DNA from: an uncultured Rhodospirillaceae bacterium
GTDB lineage: Bacteria > Pseudomonadota > Alphaproteobacteria > MPNO01 > UBA830
Reading direction: 5' to 3'
DNA: 64,000 nucleotides
Assembly (NCBI GenBank): GCA_963977005.1
Contig: CAXBMQ010000019.1
Coordinates: forward strand, 26,734-90,733
This document shows, in pieces, positions 54,344 to 64,000 of this stretch (position 1 is the first letter of the stretch; every line of letters begins with the position of its first letter). The position numbers were made by a program, and so were the translations under genes. The notes under the pieces are model-generated. The model had not been told where the DNA came from. It worked only from the letters and a program-made list of their open reading frames with translations, and searched no databases.

Positions 54344-55948
54344 TCAGGCGGCGGCGTGGATGCCCGCTGCCTTGACGTCGTCGGTGACGGCGTCGTTGAA
54401 CTGTTCGAAGTTCGCCTCGAACCGCTGTGCCAGATCGCGGGCGGTGCTGTCGTAACCGCCCTTGTCGGCCCAGGTCTCTTTCGGGTTCAGCACTTCCTTC
54501 GGCACGTCCGGCACGGCGTCCGGGATCAACAGGCCGAAATTCGGATCGGGGGCAACCGCCACGCTGGCTAGTTTGCCTTCGACCACGGCGCGGACCATGG
54601 TCCGCGTATGCGCGATCTTCATGCGTTCGCCGGTGCCGTAGGCGCCGCCGCTCCAGCCGGTATTGACCAGCCAGCACTTGGCGCCCGATTTCTGGATTTT
54701 CTCGCCCAGCAGCTTCGCGTATTCGGTTGGGTGACGCGGCAGGAAGGGTGCACCGAAGCAGGTCGAGAATGTCGCCTGGGGCGTATCGACGCCGCGCTCC
54801 GTACCGGCAAGCCGCGCCGTGTAGCCCGACAGGAAGTGATACATCGCCTGGTCGGCCGTCAGCTGGCTGATCGGGGGCAGCACACCGAACGCATCGGCGG
54901 TCAGCATCACGATGTTTTCCGGCTGTCCGCCCATCCCCGTCTCGCTGGTGCCGGGAATATAATGCAGCGGATAGGACGACCGCGTGTTCTCGGTCAGCGA
55001 ATCGTCGTCGAAATTCGGATATTTCGTGTGCGGATCGAGCGTGACGTTTTCCAGCACCGTGCCGAAGCGCATCGACGCGTCGTAGATTTCCGGCTCGGCC
55101 TCGCGCGACAGGTTGATCGCCTTGGCGTAGCAGCCGCCTTCGAAATTGAACACGCCGTTATCGGACCAGCCATGTTCGTCGTCGCCGATCAGGGTCCGCG
55201 TCGGGTCGGACGACAGCGTCGTCTTGCCGGTGCCGGACAGGCCGAAGAAGATTGCCGTGTCGCCCTTTTCGCCGATATTGGCGGAGCAATGCATCGGCAG
55301 CACGCCCTGCGCCGGCAGCAGGTAGTTCAGCACCGAGAAGATCGTCTTCTTTATCTCGCCGGTATAGTGCGAGCCGCCGACGAGAATCAGCCGCTCGGCA
55401 AAATTGAGCATGACGAACACTTCGGAACCCGTGCCGTCGATCGACGGGACCGACTGAAGGTTCGGCGCATGCAGGACCGTAAAGTCGGGCTCGAAATTGT
55501 CGTGCTCCTTGACCTTCGGGTTGATGAACATGTTCTGGGCGAACAGGCTGTGCCATGCCTGTTCAGTGACGACCCGCACCTTGATGCGGTAATCGGGATC
55601 TGCGCCCGCGTAGCAGTCCTGCACGAACACTTCCTTGTGCTGCATATAGGCCAGCATGCGGTTGCGCATGGTGTTGAAGTGTTCGGGCGAAATCTTGTTG
55701 TTGACCGGACCCCACCAGATATTGCCGGAATTTTCCGGTTCATCGACGATGTATTTGTCCTTGGGCGACCGGCCGGTGTATTCGCCGGTAGTCACAACCA
55801 GCCCGCCGCCGGCGGCCAGTTCGCTTTCGCCCCGCTGCAGCGAGTGCTGGTACAGGGCCGGAATCGACAGATTCCAATGCGCCCCCAAGAGGTTCTCCAG
55901 GCCGTGATTTTCAAGGCCGAATGAACTGGGTTTTCCTGTCTGCTGCAC
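54344..55948 (-). CDS. pckA: Phosphoenolpyruvate carboxykinase (ATP)
   Basis: GTG start at 55948 (cac at 55946-55948) with an AGGAGA RBS. 534 aa. Kinase 1a motif GLSGTGKTT and the PEPCK-specific motifs. Confidence 0.92.
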   Translation of the reverse strand: MQQTGKPSSFGLENHGLENLLGAHWNLSIPALYQHSLQRGESELAAGGGLVVTTGEYTGRSPKDKYIVDEPENSGNIWWGPVNNKISPEHFNTMRNRMLAYMQHKEVFVQDCYAGADPDYRIKVRVVTEQAWHSLFAQNMFINPKVKEHDNFEPDFTVLHAPNLQSVPSIDGTGSEVFVMLNFAERLILVGGSHYTGEIKKTIFSVLNYLLPAQGVLPMHCSANIGEKGDTAIFFGLSGTGKTTLSSDPTRTLIGDDEHGWSDNGVFNFEGGCYAKAINLSREAEPEIYDASMRFGTVLENVTLDPHTKYPNFDDDSLTENTRSSYPLHYIPGTSETGMGGQPENIVMLTADAFGVLPPISQLTADQAMYHFLSGYTARLAGTERGVDTPQATFSTCFGAPFLPRHPTEYAKLLGEKIQKSGAKCWLVNTGWSGGAYGTGERMKIAHTRTMVRAVVEGKLASVAVAPDPNFGLLIPDAVPDVPKEVLNPKETWADKGGYDSTARDLAQRFEANFEQFNDAVTDDVKAAGIHAAA

Positions 55949-56138
55949 GTTTTTCTCCTGAACAAGAAAGGCGATTGCGCTGCGGCTGTTACGCACCGGC
56001 ACAATGTCGAAACTTCGCCTTGTTATTATTGGACTGTAACTGCCCTGCAACATACTGCCGGCACCCCCGGAGTCAACGGGACTCCGGCGGAAAGAGTCAC
56101 TTTTTCGGCAATTTTCGGAGGTGCGCGTTGCCGGTGTG

Positions 56139-56870
56139 TTACTGGCGGGCCGTCTTGACCATACGGACGAGTATGGACCGTGCGGCTTCCGCATCCCGGA
56201 CAGGATTGTCGAACGCCAGGCGGGCGGTCCGGCCGCCGTCCCGCAGGTCCGCCCCTTCCGGGTCGATTCCCGTCATCCGCCAGTCGCCTGTATCCCGCCC
56301 AAGGAGCTTGGTCGCGTATAGCTGTATCGCGTCGGCGTGGTCCCGGTTCATGTGATCGACAATATCGTTCTCCGCCGCGGCGAGGTCTTCGTGTCCGGCC
56401 GTGTCGAACAGCAGGTCGGGGGCCGAAATCCAGTGGATTTCCCCGAATCCGGCAACGATATGCGCGCGTTCCACGGTCATCTCGAACAGGCCGAAATCGG
56501 CAAAGCCGATATACATTTCGGCATCCGGGTGGCGCGCGAGGTAGCGGGCTGTCAATGCGGCGTCCGCCGTCGCGGTCAGGCGGCCCATCACCGTGACCCG
56601 CGCGCCCGTCAAAGGGCTGTCGAGGCCTGCGGTCCCGTCGAACAGGAGCGATGCCCGATCGTCGTGCTTCAGGTTTTTCGTATGTTCCGCCAGCCCGGAG
56701 ATAAGCAGCAACGGCCGGCCGGCATGGTCGCAGGCGGTCATCACCAGCGACCCGTAGGGCCAACCGTCACCGGTCATCGCCGTCGACAGGACGGCGCGGT
56801 CGGCGCAGCGAATCAATCCGCGGGCGCGGCTGTCCGGCGAGGCTTCTGGTGCAAGTGTATCGTCGGTCAT
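56139..56870 (-). CDS. HugZ/HutZ-like heme utilization protein (pyridoxamine 5'-phosphate oxidase-like split barrel plus DUF2470)
   Basis: 243 aa. Family-level assignment from the domain architecture. Confidence 0.65.
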   Translation of the reverse strand: MTDDTLAPEASPDSRARGLIRCADRAVLSTAMTGDGWPYGSLVMTACDHAGRPLLLISGLAEHTKNLKHDDRASLLFDGTAGLDSPLTGARVTVMGRLTATADAALTARYLARHPDAEMYIGFADFGLFEMTVERAHIVAGFGEIHWISAPDLLFDTAGHEDLAAAENDIVDHMNRDHADAIQLYATKLLGRDTGDWRMTGIDPEGADLRDGGRTARLAFDNPVRDAEAARSILVRMVKTARQ

Positions 56871-57075
56871 GGGCGGAGAATCCGTTGGGCGATGATTGAG
56901 CGCGTGGGACGCAATCTAGCCCCAATTTCCTGTTGTATTCACGGATTTTCGGACATCGCTCTGTCTTCGGCAGGGTGTCGCGCATGGTCGACTTAGCTTG
57001 AAACGGGTGGATTCGTGCCCCATTTCCGCCGTAATTGCGGTGTATCTGATTGTCATCGACATAAAAGGCGCAAAA

Positions 57076-57549
57076 ATGCCCGTCCAGAAGCCCGTCCGGC
57101 TCTTCCTCCTCTTTCTTCTGCTCATGGCAGGTTTGACTCTCGCGTTCTGGCCGAAATCCGGCGCGGATGCGGCCGGCGCCGTGATCTCGGCACCCGATGC
57201 CCGGGCGGCGGCCCGGGCAGGTGAGGTGATCATTGTCGACGTGCGGTCGCCGCGCGAATGGCGCGAGACCGGTATCGCCGACGGCGCAAAGACGGTCACG
57301 ATCCATAACCGGCAGGGTATCGCGGCGTTTGTCGCCGAAATGACCCGGGCTGTCGACGGCGACAAATCGACACCCGTTGCCCTGATCTGCGCCGCCGGCG
57401 CGCGATCCGCCCGCGCCCTGAAAATCCTCGCCGCCAACGGGTTTACGAAAATCCACAACGTGTCCGAAGGCATGCTCGGCCGCCCCGGCGCCGGCCCCGG
57501 CTGGCTGAAGCGCGGCCTGCCCGTCACCCAACCTGTCTCATTACGCTAA
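57076..57549 (+). CDS. Rhodanese-like domain protein with an N-terminal signal/anchor
   Basis: Start at [10 protein letters not shown]. Rhodanese active-site loop region ICAAGARSA. Confidence 0.65.
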   Translation: MPVQKPVRLFLLFLLLMAGLTLAFWPKSGADAAGAVISAPDARAAARAGEVIIVDVRSPREWRETGIADGAKTVTIHNRQGIAAFVAEMTRAVDGDKSTPVALICAAGARSARALKILAANGFTKIHNVSEGMLGRPGAGPGWLKRGLPVTQPVSLR

Positions 57550-57566
57550 CCGTCCGGAGTGTTAAG

Positions 57567-58322
57567 ATGACCGTCATGACCGATACCGCTATCCCCGCCG
57601 ATACCTCTTCAACCGCCGAAACGCGCTCGACCATCGCGCTGGTTGACGACGACCGGAATATTCTCGCTTCCGTGTCGATGACTCTCGAAGCCGAAGGGTT
57701 CGATGTGCGCACCTATGTCGACGGCGATTCCGCGCTCCGCGGGCTGTCGGCGAAGCCGGTCGATCTCGCGATTCTCGATATAAAGATGCCGCGCATGGAC
57801 GGCATGGAACTGCTCAGCCGGCTGCGCCGCCAGTCCAAAATGCCGGTGATCTTCCTGACGTCGAAGGATGACGAGGTTGACGAGATTCTCGGCCTGCGGA
57901 TGGGCGCGGACGATTACATCAAGAAGCCGTTTTCCCAGCGCCTGCTGATCGAGCGCATCCGTACCCTGCTGCGGCGCCGCGACCGCCTGGCGGAGGACGA
58001 AGACGGCGAGGAACCCGACCCGCCGGTGCTCCGGGGCGACCTGCGTCTCGACCTCGACCGGTTCGGTTGTACGTGGCAAAACAGGCCCGTTGACCTTACG
58101 GTGACGGAATTCCTGATCCTGAAGGCACTCGCGCAGCATCCTGGCCATGTAAAATCGCGCGACCAGCTCATGGACGCGGCCTATGGCGAATCTATCTATG
58201 TCGACGACCGGACCATCGACAGTCATATCAAGCGTCTGCGCAAGAAGTTCCGCGCGACCGATCCGGAATTCGCGGAAATCGAAACCATGTACGGCATCGG
58301 CTACCGTTATCGCGAAAGCTAG
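57567..58322 (+). CDS. chvI: OmpR-family response regulator ChvI
   Basis: REC domain (LVDDDRNIL...D52...K) plus a winged-helix domain. Adjacent to the chvG-like kinase and the hprK-rapZ-manX-ptsH genes, as in other alphaproteobacteria. Confidence 0.85.
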   Translation: MTVMTDTAIPADTSSTAETRSTIALVDDDRNILASVSMTLEAEGFDVRTYVDGDSALRGLSAKPVDLAILDIKMPRMDGMELLSRLRRQSKMPVIFLTSKDDEVDEILGLRMGADDYIKKPFSQRLLIERIRTLLRRRDRLAEDEDGEEPDPPVLRGDLRLDLDRFGCTWQNRPVDLTVTEFLILKALAQHPGHVKSRDQLMDAAYGESIYVDDRTIDSHIKRLRKKFRATDPEFAEIETMYGIGYRYRES

Positions 58323-58367
58323 GGCCCCGGGCGCGCCGGACGGCCAAAGCCCGGGCGGATACCTGCA

Positions 58368-59999
58368 ATGATGGGCCGGCTTCTGTCGCCGCTGACGCGA
58401 CGCATCCTGACAGTCAATATTCTGCCGCTGGCGATTCTGGTCGCCGGTATCCTGTATCTCGACGAGTACCGCGAGGGCCTGGTTGTGGCCGAACTGGATG
58501 CGCTCGAAACCCAGGCCGAAATCTTTGCAGGCGCGCTGGGCGAAGGGGCTATTGGCACCCGGCCCGACGGCGCGCAGTTTATTCTGCCGAATGTGGCGCG
58601 GCCGATGCTGCGGCGGCTGTCCGCGCCGACCCGGACACGCGCACGCGTCTTCGATGCCGACGGGGCAGAGGTCGCCGACAGCCTGTTCCTGACAGGGCAG
58701 GGCGGGGCGGTACAGGTCGAAGCCCTGCCGCCGCCCGATGACAGCGATGTGCCGACCTCGGCGCTGAACGGCCTGTACGATCTTTTCGTCGCGCTCCTGC
58801 CCGCGGGCGAAAGACTGCCGCCGTTTCCCCGCACGGTGCCGTTGCGGGCCGCGGATCTACCGATCGCGGCGGCGGCGCTGAACGGCAATATCGGCACCGC
58901 CCGCTGGTCGCAGGAAGGAAGCGGAATGCTGCTGGGCGCCACCGCACCCGTCCAGCGCTTCAAGCAGGTGCTCGGTGCCGTTCTGCTGACCGCCAATGCC
59001 GACGATATCGACGCCGCCGTCCGCGCGGTCCGGTTCGATATCCTCAAGGTGTTTGCCGTTGTGCTGGCACTGACGGTCCTGCTGTCGCTGTATCTTGCCG
59101 GCGCGATCGCGCGTCCGGTCCGGCGCCTGGCGGCGGCGGCGGATCGTGTCCGGCACGGTCACGGGCAGGCCGACGAGATTCCCGATTTTACCCGCCGGCG
59201 CGACGAAATAGGCGATCTGTCCGCGTCGCTGCGCGACATGACCGAGGCGTTGTGGCAGCGTATCGAGGCGAATGAGAGTTTTGCTGCCGATGTGGCCCAT
59301 GAAATCAAGAATCCGCTGACCTCGCTGCGCAGCGCGGTCGAGACAGTCTCGCGGGTGCGCGATCCGGCAAAGCAGGCGGCTTTGATGGATATCATCCAGG
59401 ATGACGTAAAACGCCTCGACCGGCTGATCAGCGATATCTCCGATGCGTCCCGTCTCGACGCGGAACTTGCCCGGGGCGAGATGGAACCCGTCGATCTCGG
59501 ACGCCTGCTGCCCGCCCTGGTCCAGGTGCATGAAACCGCCCTGGCCGCCGAAACGACCCGGGGAAGCCCCGATGACGCGGCGGGTGCCCGGAAGACGCGA
59601 CTGATCTTCCGCGGCGGCAACGATAACTGTGCCGTGCTGGGGATCGAAGGGCGGCTGGTGCAGGTGTTTCAGAATCTGATCAGCAATGCCCGGTCCTTCA
59701 CGCCGCCGGGCGGCGAGATTTCGCTGTCGGTGCGGCGCGACCGCCGCGACGTCGTGGTCCATGTCGACGATCAGGGCCCCGGCATTCCCGTCGACAGCCT
59801 GGATTCGATCTTCGAACGGTTTTATTCCGAGCGCCCCGAGGGTGAGAGCTTCGGCCGACATTCCGGCCTCGGGCTCAGCATCTCGCGCCAGATTATCGAG
59901 GCGCATGGCGGCACGATACATGCCGAGAACATTCATGGCGCGAAGGGAAAACGGCTCGGTGCGCGTTTCGTGGTGCGGTTGCCGGCGGCGGGATCGTGA
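58368..59999 (+). CDS. chvG: Sensor histidine kinase ChvG/ExoS
   Basis: 543 aa. Two transmembrane segments with a large periplasmic domain, HAMP, an H-box FAADVAHEIKNPLTSL, and the ATPase G-boxes. Confidence 0.85.
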   Translation: MMGRLLSPLTRRILTVNILPLAILVAGILYLDEYREGLVVAELDALETQAEIFAGALGEGAIGTRPDGAQFILPNVARPMLRRLSAPTRTRARVFDADGAEVADSLFLTGQGGAVQVEALPPPDDSDVPTSALNGLYDLFVALLPAGERLPPFPRTVPLRAADLPIAAAALNGNIGTARWSQEGSGMLLGATAPVQRFKQVLGAVLLTANADDIDAAVRAVRFDILKVFAVVLALTVLLSLYLAGAIARPVRRLAAAADRVRHGHGQADEIPDFTRRRDEIGDLSASLRDMTEALWQRIEANESFAADVAHEIKNPLTSLRSAVETVSRVRDPAKQAALMDIIQDDVKRLDRLISDISDASRLDAELARGEMEPVDLGRLLPALVQVHETALAAETTRGSPDDAAGARKTRLIFRGGNDNCAVLGIEGRLVQVFQNLISNARSFTPPGGEISLSVRRDRRDVVVHVDDQGPGIPVDSLDSIFERFYSERPEGESFGRHSGLGLSISRQIIEAHGGTIHAENIHGAKGKRLGARFVVRLPAAGS

Positions 60000-60475
60000 T
60001 GACGGCGGAGACGATTCACGCCACCTGCGTCGCCTTCGACGATGCCGGCATCCTGCTGCGCGGCGCGTCGGGTGCCGGCAAGTCCGATCTGGCGCTCCGA
60101 CTGATTGAAGCCGGCGCCGTCCTTGTCGCCGACGACCGGGTGCGGCTTACACCGCGGGCGGGTGTGGTAACCGCTTCGCCGCCCGATGAACTTGCGGGGC
60201 TGCTCGAACTGCGCGGGCTGGGACTGGTGCGGTTGCCAATCCTGACGGAGGCACCGATTTGCCTGGTCGCCGACCTTGTCTCCTCCGGCGCACCCGGGAG
60301 ATTGCCGGAACCGCAATGGTGCACGCTTTCTGGCGCACGGATTCGCCGGGTTGACATCGCTCCCTTGGAACAGACAGCGGTTGCGAAATTGCGCATCGCC
60401 GCTTATGACGCGTCAGGACGAACCGACCCCGTCACCGGGGCCCGTCGCCATGACAGGGATGCACCGCTCGAATGA
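59996..60475 (+). CDS. hprK: HPr kinase/phosphorylase, C-terminal-domain-only (truncated alphaproteobacterial type)
   Basis: 159 aa. P-loop GASGAGKSDLAL. Gene order chvG-hprK-rapZ-manX-ptsH. Confidence 0.8.
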   Translation: MMTAETIHATCVAFDDAGILLRGASGAGKSDLALRLIEAGAVLVADDRVRLTPRAGVVTASPPDELAGLLELRGLGLVRLPILTEAPICLVADLVSSGAPGRLPEPQWCTLSGARIRRVDIAPLEQTAVAKLRIAAYDASGRTDPVTGARRHDRDAPLE

Positions 60476-61389
60476 CAGAGCTACCGGGTAGCGAGCAAGC
60501 GACGACACCGCAGGCCGATGCGGCGATACCGGTGGTGATCGTTACCGGGATGTCCGGTGCCGGCAGATCGACCGCGCTGAAGGCGCTGGAGGATCTCGGC
60601 TACGAGGCGGTGGACAATCTGCCCCTGTCGCTGCTGTCCAGTCTTCTGACACCCGGTACCGGGGGTGGCAGGCCTCTTGCCATCGGCGTCGATGCGCGGA
60701 CCCGCGATTTCGGGGCGGCGCCGTTTCTCGAAGAGCTCGACGGCCTGATCCGGATGGACGCTTTCCGGGTCCGCCTGCTTTTTCTCGACTGCGATTCCGA
60801 GGTGCTGCAACGCCGTTTTTCGGAAACCCGGCGGCGTCACCCGGTCACGCCAGACCGGCGCGTGACCGATGGAATTGCCCATGAACGGGTTCTTCTGGCG
60901 CCGCTTCGCGACCGCGCGGATGAGGTGATCGACACGACCGACATGGCCATCGGCGAATTGAAGCGGTTGCTGGATTCGAACTACGCGCTCGAACGCGCCC
61001 CCGGGCTGGCAGTGTTCGTGACGTCCTTCGCCTATCGTCACGGGCTGCCGCACGAAGCCGACCTGGTCTTCGATGTGCGTTTCCTGCGCAACCCGCATTA
61101 TGTCGACGACCTGCGTCCGCAGAGCGGGCTCGACGAACCCGTCGGCGAATTTATCGCGCAGGACCCGGATTTCGAAGACTACTTCCGGCACCTGACGGAA
61201 CTGCTTGAACCGCTGCTGCCGCGTTTCGATGCCGAGGGCAAAAGCTATCTGACGATTGCCGTGGGATGTACCGGGGGCAAACACCGTTCGGTCTATACCG
61301 CGGAACGGCTGGGCGCGTGGCTCCAGGAAAAGGGAGAGCGGGTCAGTATCAATCACCGGGATCTTAAACAGGAAGGATCGGGAAAATGA
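60472..61389 (+). CDS. rapZ: RNase adapter protein RapZ (P-loop NTPase)
   Basis: 305 aa. Walker A GMSGAGRS. Confidence 0.85.
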   Translation: MTELPGSEQATTPQADAAIPVVIVTGMSGAGRSTALKALEDLGYEAVDNLPLSLLSSLLTPGTGGGRPLAIGVDARTRDFGAAPFLEELDGLIRMDAFRVRLLFLDCDSEVLQRRFSETRRRHPVTPDRRVTDGIAHERVLLAPLRDRADEVIDTTDMAIGELKRLLDSNYALERAPGLAVFVTSFAYRHGLPHEADLVFDVRFLRNPHYVDDLRPQSGLDEPVGEFIAQDPDFEDYFRHLTELLEPLLPRFDAEGKSYLTIAVGCTGGKHRSVYTAERLGAWLQEKGERVSINHRDLKQEGSGK

Positions 61390-61793
61390 TCGGACTGGTA
61401 ATCGTCACCCACGGCCGGCTTGCCGATGAATTCGTCGCGGCGATGGAACATGTCGTCGGCCCGCAGAAGCTGGTCGAAACCGTGTGCATCGGCCCCGAAG
61501 ACAATATGGAAACCCGCCGTCAGGACATCATCAAGGCCGTTGCTGCGGCGGAGATGGGCGACGGGGTTATCGTCCTGACCGACATGTTCGGCGGGACGCC
61601 GTCCAACCTCGCGATATCGATTCTGGAAGAAGCCAACATCGAGGTGATCGCCGGCGTCAACCTGCCGCTGCTGGTCAAGCTTGCCGGCGTGCGTAAATCC
61701 GCCGACATGACCACGGCCGTCTCCGAGGCGTGCGATGCCGGGCGCAAGTACATAAAGCTCGCGTCGAACGTGCTCGACGTGCCTGCCGGCTGA
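61386..61793 (+). CDS. manX: PTS EIIA component, mannose family
   Basis: 135 aa. MIGLVIVTHG with the phosphorylatable His. Confidence 0.8.
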   Translation: MIGLVIVTHGRLADEFVAAMEHVVGPQKLVETVCIGPEDNMETRRQDIIKAVAAAEMGDGVIVLTDMFGGTPSNLAISILEEANIEVIAGVNLPLLVKLAGVRKSADMTTAVSEACDAGRKYIKLASNVLDVPAG

Positions 61794-61840
61794 GCCGTTC
61801 CTCCGGAAGGCCGCGCAGGCGCTTCGCACAGGAATCCCAA

Positions 61841-62113
61841 ATGGCCCGGCAAACACTGAAAATTATCAACGAACGTGGCCTGCATGCGCGCGCGGCAGCC
61901 AAATTTACGGCGCTTGCCGAAGAGTTCCGCGCCACGATCACGGTGTCGAACGGTCGGGACTCCGTCGGCGGCCGGTCGATCATGGGCCTGCTGCTGCTCG
62001 GCGCCGCACGGGGAACCGAGATCACGGTCACGTCGGAGGGCGCGGACGAAGACGCGGCGCTCGCGGCGATCGCCGCGCTGGTTGCCGACGGGTTCGGCGA
62101 AATCCCCGACTAA
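61841..62113 (+). CDS. ptsH: Phosphocarrier protein HPr
   Basis: Start at MARQTLKIINERGLHARAAAKF (His15 region). 90 aa. The ORF-track upstream extension is discarded. Confidence 0.85.
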   Translation: MARQTLKIINERGLHARAAAKFTALAEEFRATITVSNGRDSVGGRSIMGLLLLGAARGTEITVTSEGADEDAALAAIAALVADGFGEIPD

Positions 62114-62760
62114 AGCCGACCCTCCCGCGCCAGTCGGCGCACCTGCTCGCGGTCCAGCAGCACGCTGTCGGGTTCCCCGGCTTCATGAAGTGCCAGCATC
62201 TTGTCGGGATCGAAATTTCCCTCCGACATTTCGCCGAACGCCTCGGTGAACTGGTAGAAGCGCTTGTAATCCTGCGTTTCCTGCGCCGGAAAATTATCGA
62301 GCATCGTTTCGACTTCGTTGCCGTCCGGATCCCGGTAATAGAAAGACGTCGAATTCCCGTGATTGACCGTCCAGTGCGGTGCCGGGTGTCCCGCCGCTTT
62401 CAGCGTTTTGTATATGAACAGCAACTCGGCGAGGCTGTTATAGGCAAAGGCGAGATGCGACAGTCCGACGGGGTGTTCGGGCTTCGTGCCCCAGCCCGGC
62501 CGCTTGATGATGACCACCCGGTGATCGTGGTCGTCATAGGTGATGAATGTCAGCTTGGCCTTCTTTTCGTGGACGTTGGTGACCTCGCCGTTGAAGATCA
62601 TCTGGTAGAAGTCGACCATCGCATCGTAATTTTCGTCCGAAAAAATATGGACGTGATGCAATTCGCGCGGTGACGGCATTTTCGTCACCGTTCCCGGCGC
62701 GTCCATCCGATGGGGTGCGACGGGTTTCAACTCATATGTGTCGGTCGTTCTGGTCGCCAT
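62110..62760 (-). CDS. VOC (glyoxalase/bleomycin resistance/extradiol dioxygenase) family protein
   Basis: Start at MATRTTDTYEL (cat at 62758-62760). Two beta-alpha-beta-beta-beta modules with His/Glu metal ligands. The remainder of the 589-aa track ORF is antisense to ahcY. Confidence 0.65.
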   Translation of the reverse strand: MATRTTDTYELKPVAPHRMDAPGTVTKMPSPRELHHVHIFSDENYDAMVDFYQMIFNGEVTNVHEKKAKLTFITYDDHDHRVVIIKRPGWGTKPEHPVGLSHLAFAYNSLAELLFIYKTLKAAGHPAPHWTVNHGNSTSFYYRDPDGNEVETMLDNFPAQETQDYKRFYQFTEAFGEMSEGNFDPDKMLALHEAGEPDSVLLDREQVRRLAREGRL

Positions 62761-62973
62761 GACACGATTCCTTAACCATATTGCTGTATCCGGCATTGTG
62801 GCATGTCCGGTGCGGAAACGTCCATCTTCTCCGCGCAAGGATGCGCTTGATTTGTTAACCAACCGACTGCTATACCCCACGCATATCCTACTGGTCCTGT
62901 TTTTGAAATAAGTGGGACGAATGGTGGGACAACCACCCAGAATTTTTGTTTTATCCGAGACTGGAGCGAATTC

Positions 62974-64000
62974 ATGAGCGCCGAAAACGATTATAAAGTT
63001 GCCGATATGTCCCTGGCCGATTGGGGCCGCAAGGAAATCGCCATTGCCGAGACCGAAATGCCGGGTCTGATGGCGCTGCGCGAGGAATTCGGCGACGCGC
63101 AGCCGCTCAAGGATGCGCGCATCGTCGGTTGCCTGCACATGACCATCCAGACCGCCGTTCTGATCGAAACCCTGACCGCGCTGGGCGCGACGGTGCGCTG
63201 GAGCTCGTGCAATATTTTCTCGACCCAGGACCAGGCCGCCGCCGCGGTTGCCGCCGCAGGCGTGCCGGTTTTTGCCTGGAAGGGCGAAACCGACGAGGAA
63301 TTCTGGTGGTGTATCGAACAGACGATTAAAGGCCCCGACGGCTGGACGCCCAACCTGATCCTCGATGACGGCGGCGACCTGACCCAGATCATGCATGAAA
63401 AATATCCGGAAATGCTGAAGGACGTGAAAGGCCTTTCTGAAGAAACGACCACCGGCGTGCATCGTCTCTATGACATGCAGAAAAAGGGCGAGTTGCTCGT
63501 CCCGGCGATCAACGTCAACGATTCGGTCACGAAGTCCAAGTTCGACAATCTCTATGGCTGCCGCGAAAGCCTGGTCGACGGCATCAAGCGGGCGACCGAC
63601 GTGATGGTCGCGGGCAAGATCGGCGTCGTCGCCGGTTACGGCGATGTCGGCAAGGGCTCGGCGGCGAGCCTGCGCAACCAGGGTGCGCGTGTCCTGGTCA
63701 CCGAAATCGACCCGATCTGCGCGCTGCAGGCGGCGATGGAAGGCTACGAGGTCGTGACCATGGAAGAGGCCGCCTCGATCGGCGACATCTTCGTGACCAC
63801 GACGGGCAATATCGACGTGATCACGCTGGACCACATGCGCGACATGAAAGATCGCGCCATCGTCTGCAATATTGGCCACTTCGACAGCGAAATTCAGATC
63901 GGAGCGCTGCGCAATTACAAGTGGGACAACATCAAGCCGCAGGTCGACGAGGTCGAATTCCCCGACGGCAAGAAGCTGATCGTGCTGGCCGAGGGCCGGC
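62974..64000 (+). CDS. ahcY: Adenosylhomocysteinase. 3' partial: the gene runs off the window end.
   Basis: [40 protein letters not shown]... is a canonical AhcY N-terminus. NAD-binding motif [10 protein letters not shown]. Confidence 0.92.
   Translation, partial: MSAENDYKVADMSLADWGRKEIAIAETEMPGLMALREEFGDAQPLKDARIVGCLHMTIQTAVLIETLTALGATVRWSSCNIFSTQDQAAAAVAAAGVPVFAWKGETDEEFWWCIEQTIKGPDGWTPNLILDDGGDLTQIMHEKYPEMLKDVKGLSEETTTGVHRLYDMQKKGELLVPAINVNDSVTKSKFDNLYGCRESLVDGIKRATDVMVAGKIGVVAGYGDVGKGSAASLRNQGARVLVTEIDPICALQAAMEGYEVVTMEEAASIGDIFVTTTGNIDVITLDHMRDMKDRAIVCNIGHFDSEIQIGALRNYKWDNIKPQVDEVEFPDGKKLIVLAEGR

Noticed and set aside
55949-56138. Hairpin CCGGAGTC-aacgg-GACTCCGG between pckA and the HugZ-like gene, as a terminator
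   Set aside because: There is no U-tract on the strand where it would terminate the HugZ-like gene (minus strand). It could be a stabilizing stem or part of the pckA promoter. Not called.
56871-57075. Possible Fur or Irr box upstream of the HugZ-like heme gene (TGATTGTCATCGA)
   Set aside because: Only 8 of 11 positions match the Fur core, with no second half-site. Too weak to call without a regulon comparison.
62761-62973. Possible SAH riboswitch in the 213-nt leader upstream of ahcY
   Set aside because: I looked for the conserved SAH-element blocks (GAGGAGCGCUGC and GCCAGGCUCGG, forming the pseudoknot) and found none. Only a simple GCGCAAGGATGCGC hairpin is present. A cmsearch with Rfam model RF01057 would settle it.
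62761-63879. Upstream 373 codons of the 589-aa minus ORF 62110..63879
   Set aside because: Antisense to ahcY. The genuine product is the 216-aa VOC protein starting at 62760.
1-64000. Search for tRNA, rRNA, CRISPR repeats, transposase or integrase genes and a dnaX programmed-frameshift heptamer
   Set aside because: No GGTTCGAATCC-type T-arm in a cloverleaf context was found. No array of spaced direct repeats. No IS-like ORF or long terminal inverted repeats. No A AAA AAG slippery site in dnaX. These were by-eye scans, so a low-scoring tRNA could have been missed. tRNAscan-SE and ISfinder would settle it.

Overview
High-GC (~65%) alphaproteobacterial chromosomal segment carrying about 60 protein genes and one RNA gene. 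Order along the window:
- yejABEF-type peptide ABC transporter: two tandem substrate-binding proteins, two permeases and a truncated ATPase at the window start.
- IMPase/hisN-like gene, a small PAS-like protein, a membrane-anchored diheme cytochrome c, kdsB, pheA, a VPLPA-CTERM-type secreted protein, nudC.
- Catabolic operon of a GntR regulator, Rieske oxygenase alpha and beta subunits and an LLM flavin oxidoreductase.
- ffs-dnaX-ybaB-recR. The SRP RNA gene is absent from the ORF track and lies inside the over-extended dnaX ORF.
- Accessory-looking island at about 20.3-30.7 kb: FAD monooxygenase and marR with a perfect palindromic operator, a soluble MCP-CZB chemoreceptor followed by a decayed marR fragment, DUF3500, a second LLM oxidoreductase, a single-component Rieske oxygenase, a Gfo/Idh/MocA oxidoreductase and a second marR. 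Two copies of a structured roughly 85-nt repeat border the island.
- Complete ccmABCDEFGHI cytochrome c maturation cluster, with a lipocalin-like gene and a 17-bp tandem repeat inserted between ccmB and ccmC.
- acnA divergent from ccmA, with an orphan rho-independent terminator and hairpins in the 500-bp spacer.
- DUF1223, an acyl-CoA-dehydrogenase-type oxidoreductase, two tandem DMT transporters, qor, polA, fbpAB iron uptake with a Fur-like box in an AT-rich spacer, pckA, a hugZ-like heme gene, a rhodanese, chvI-chvG-hprK-rapZ-manX-ptsH, a VOC protein and partial ahcY.
No tRNA, rRNA, CRISPR array, transposase or integrase was found. The most unusual signals are non-coding: the repeated structured element, a candidate sRNA locus upstream of ccmA, a triplicated-heptamer inverted repeat, and several perfect palindromic operators.
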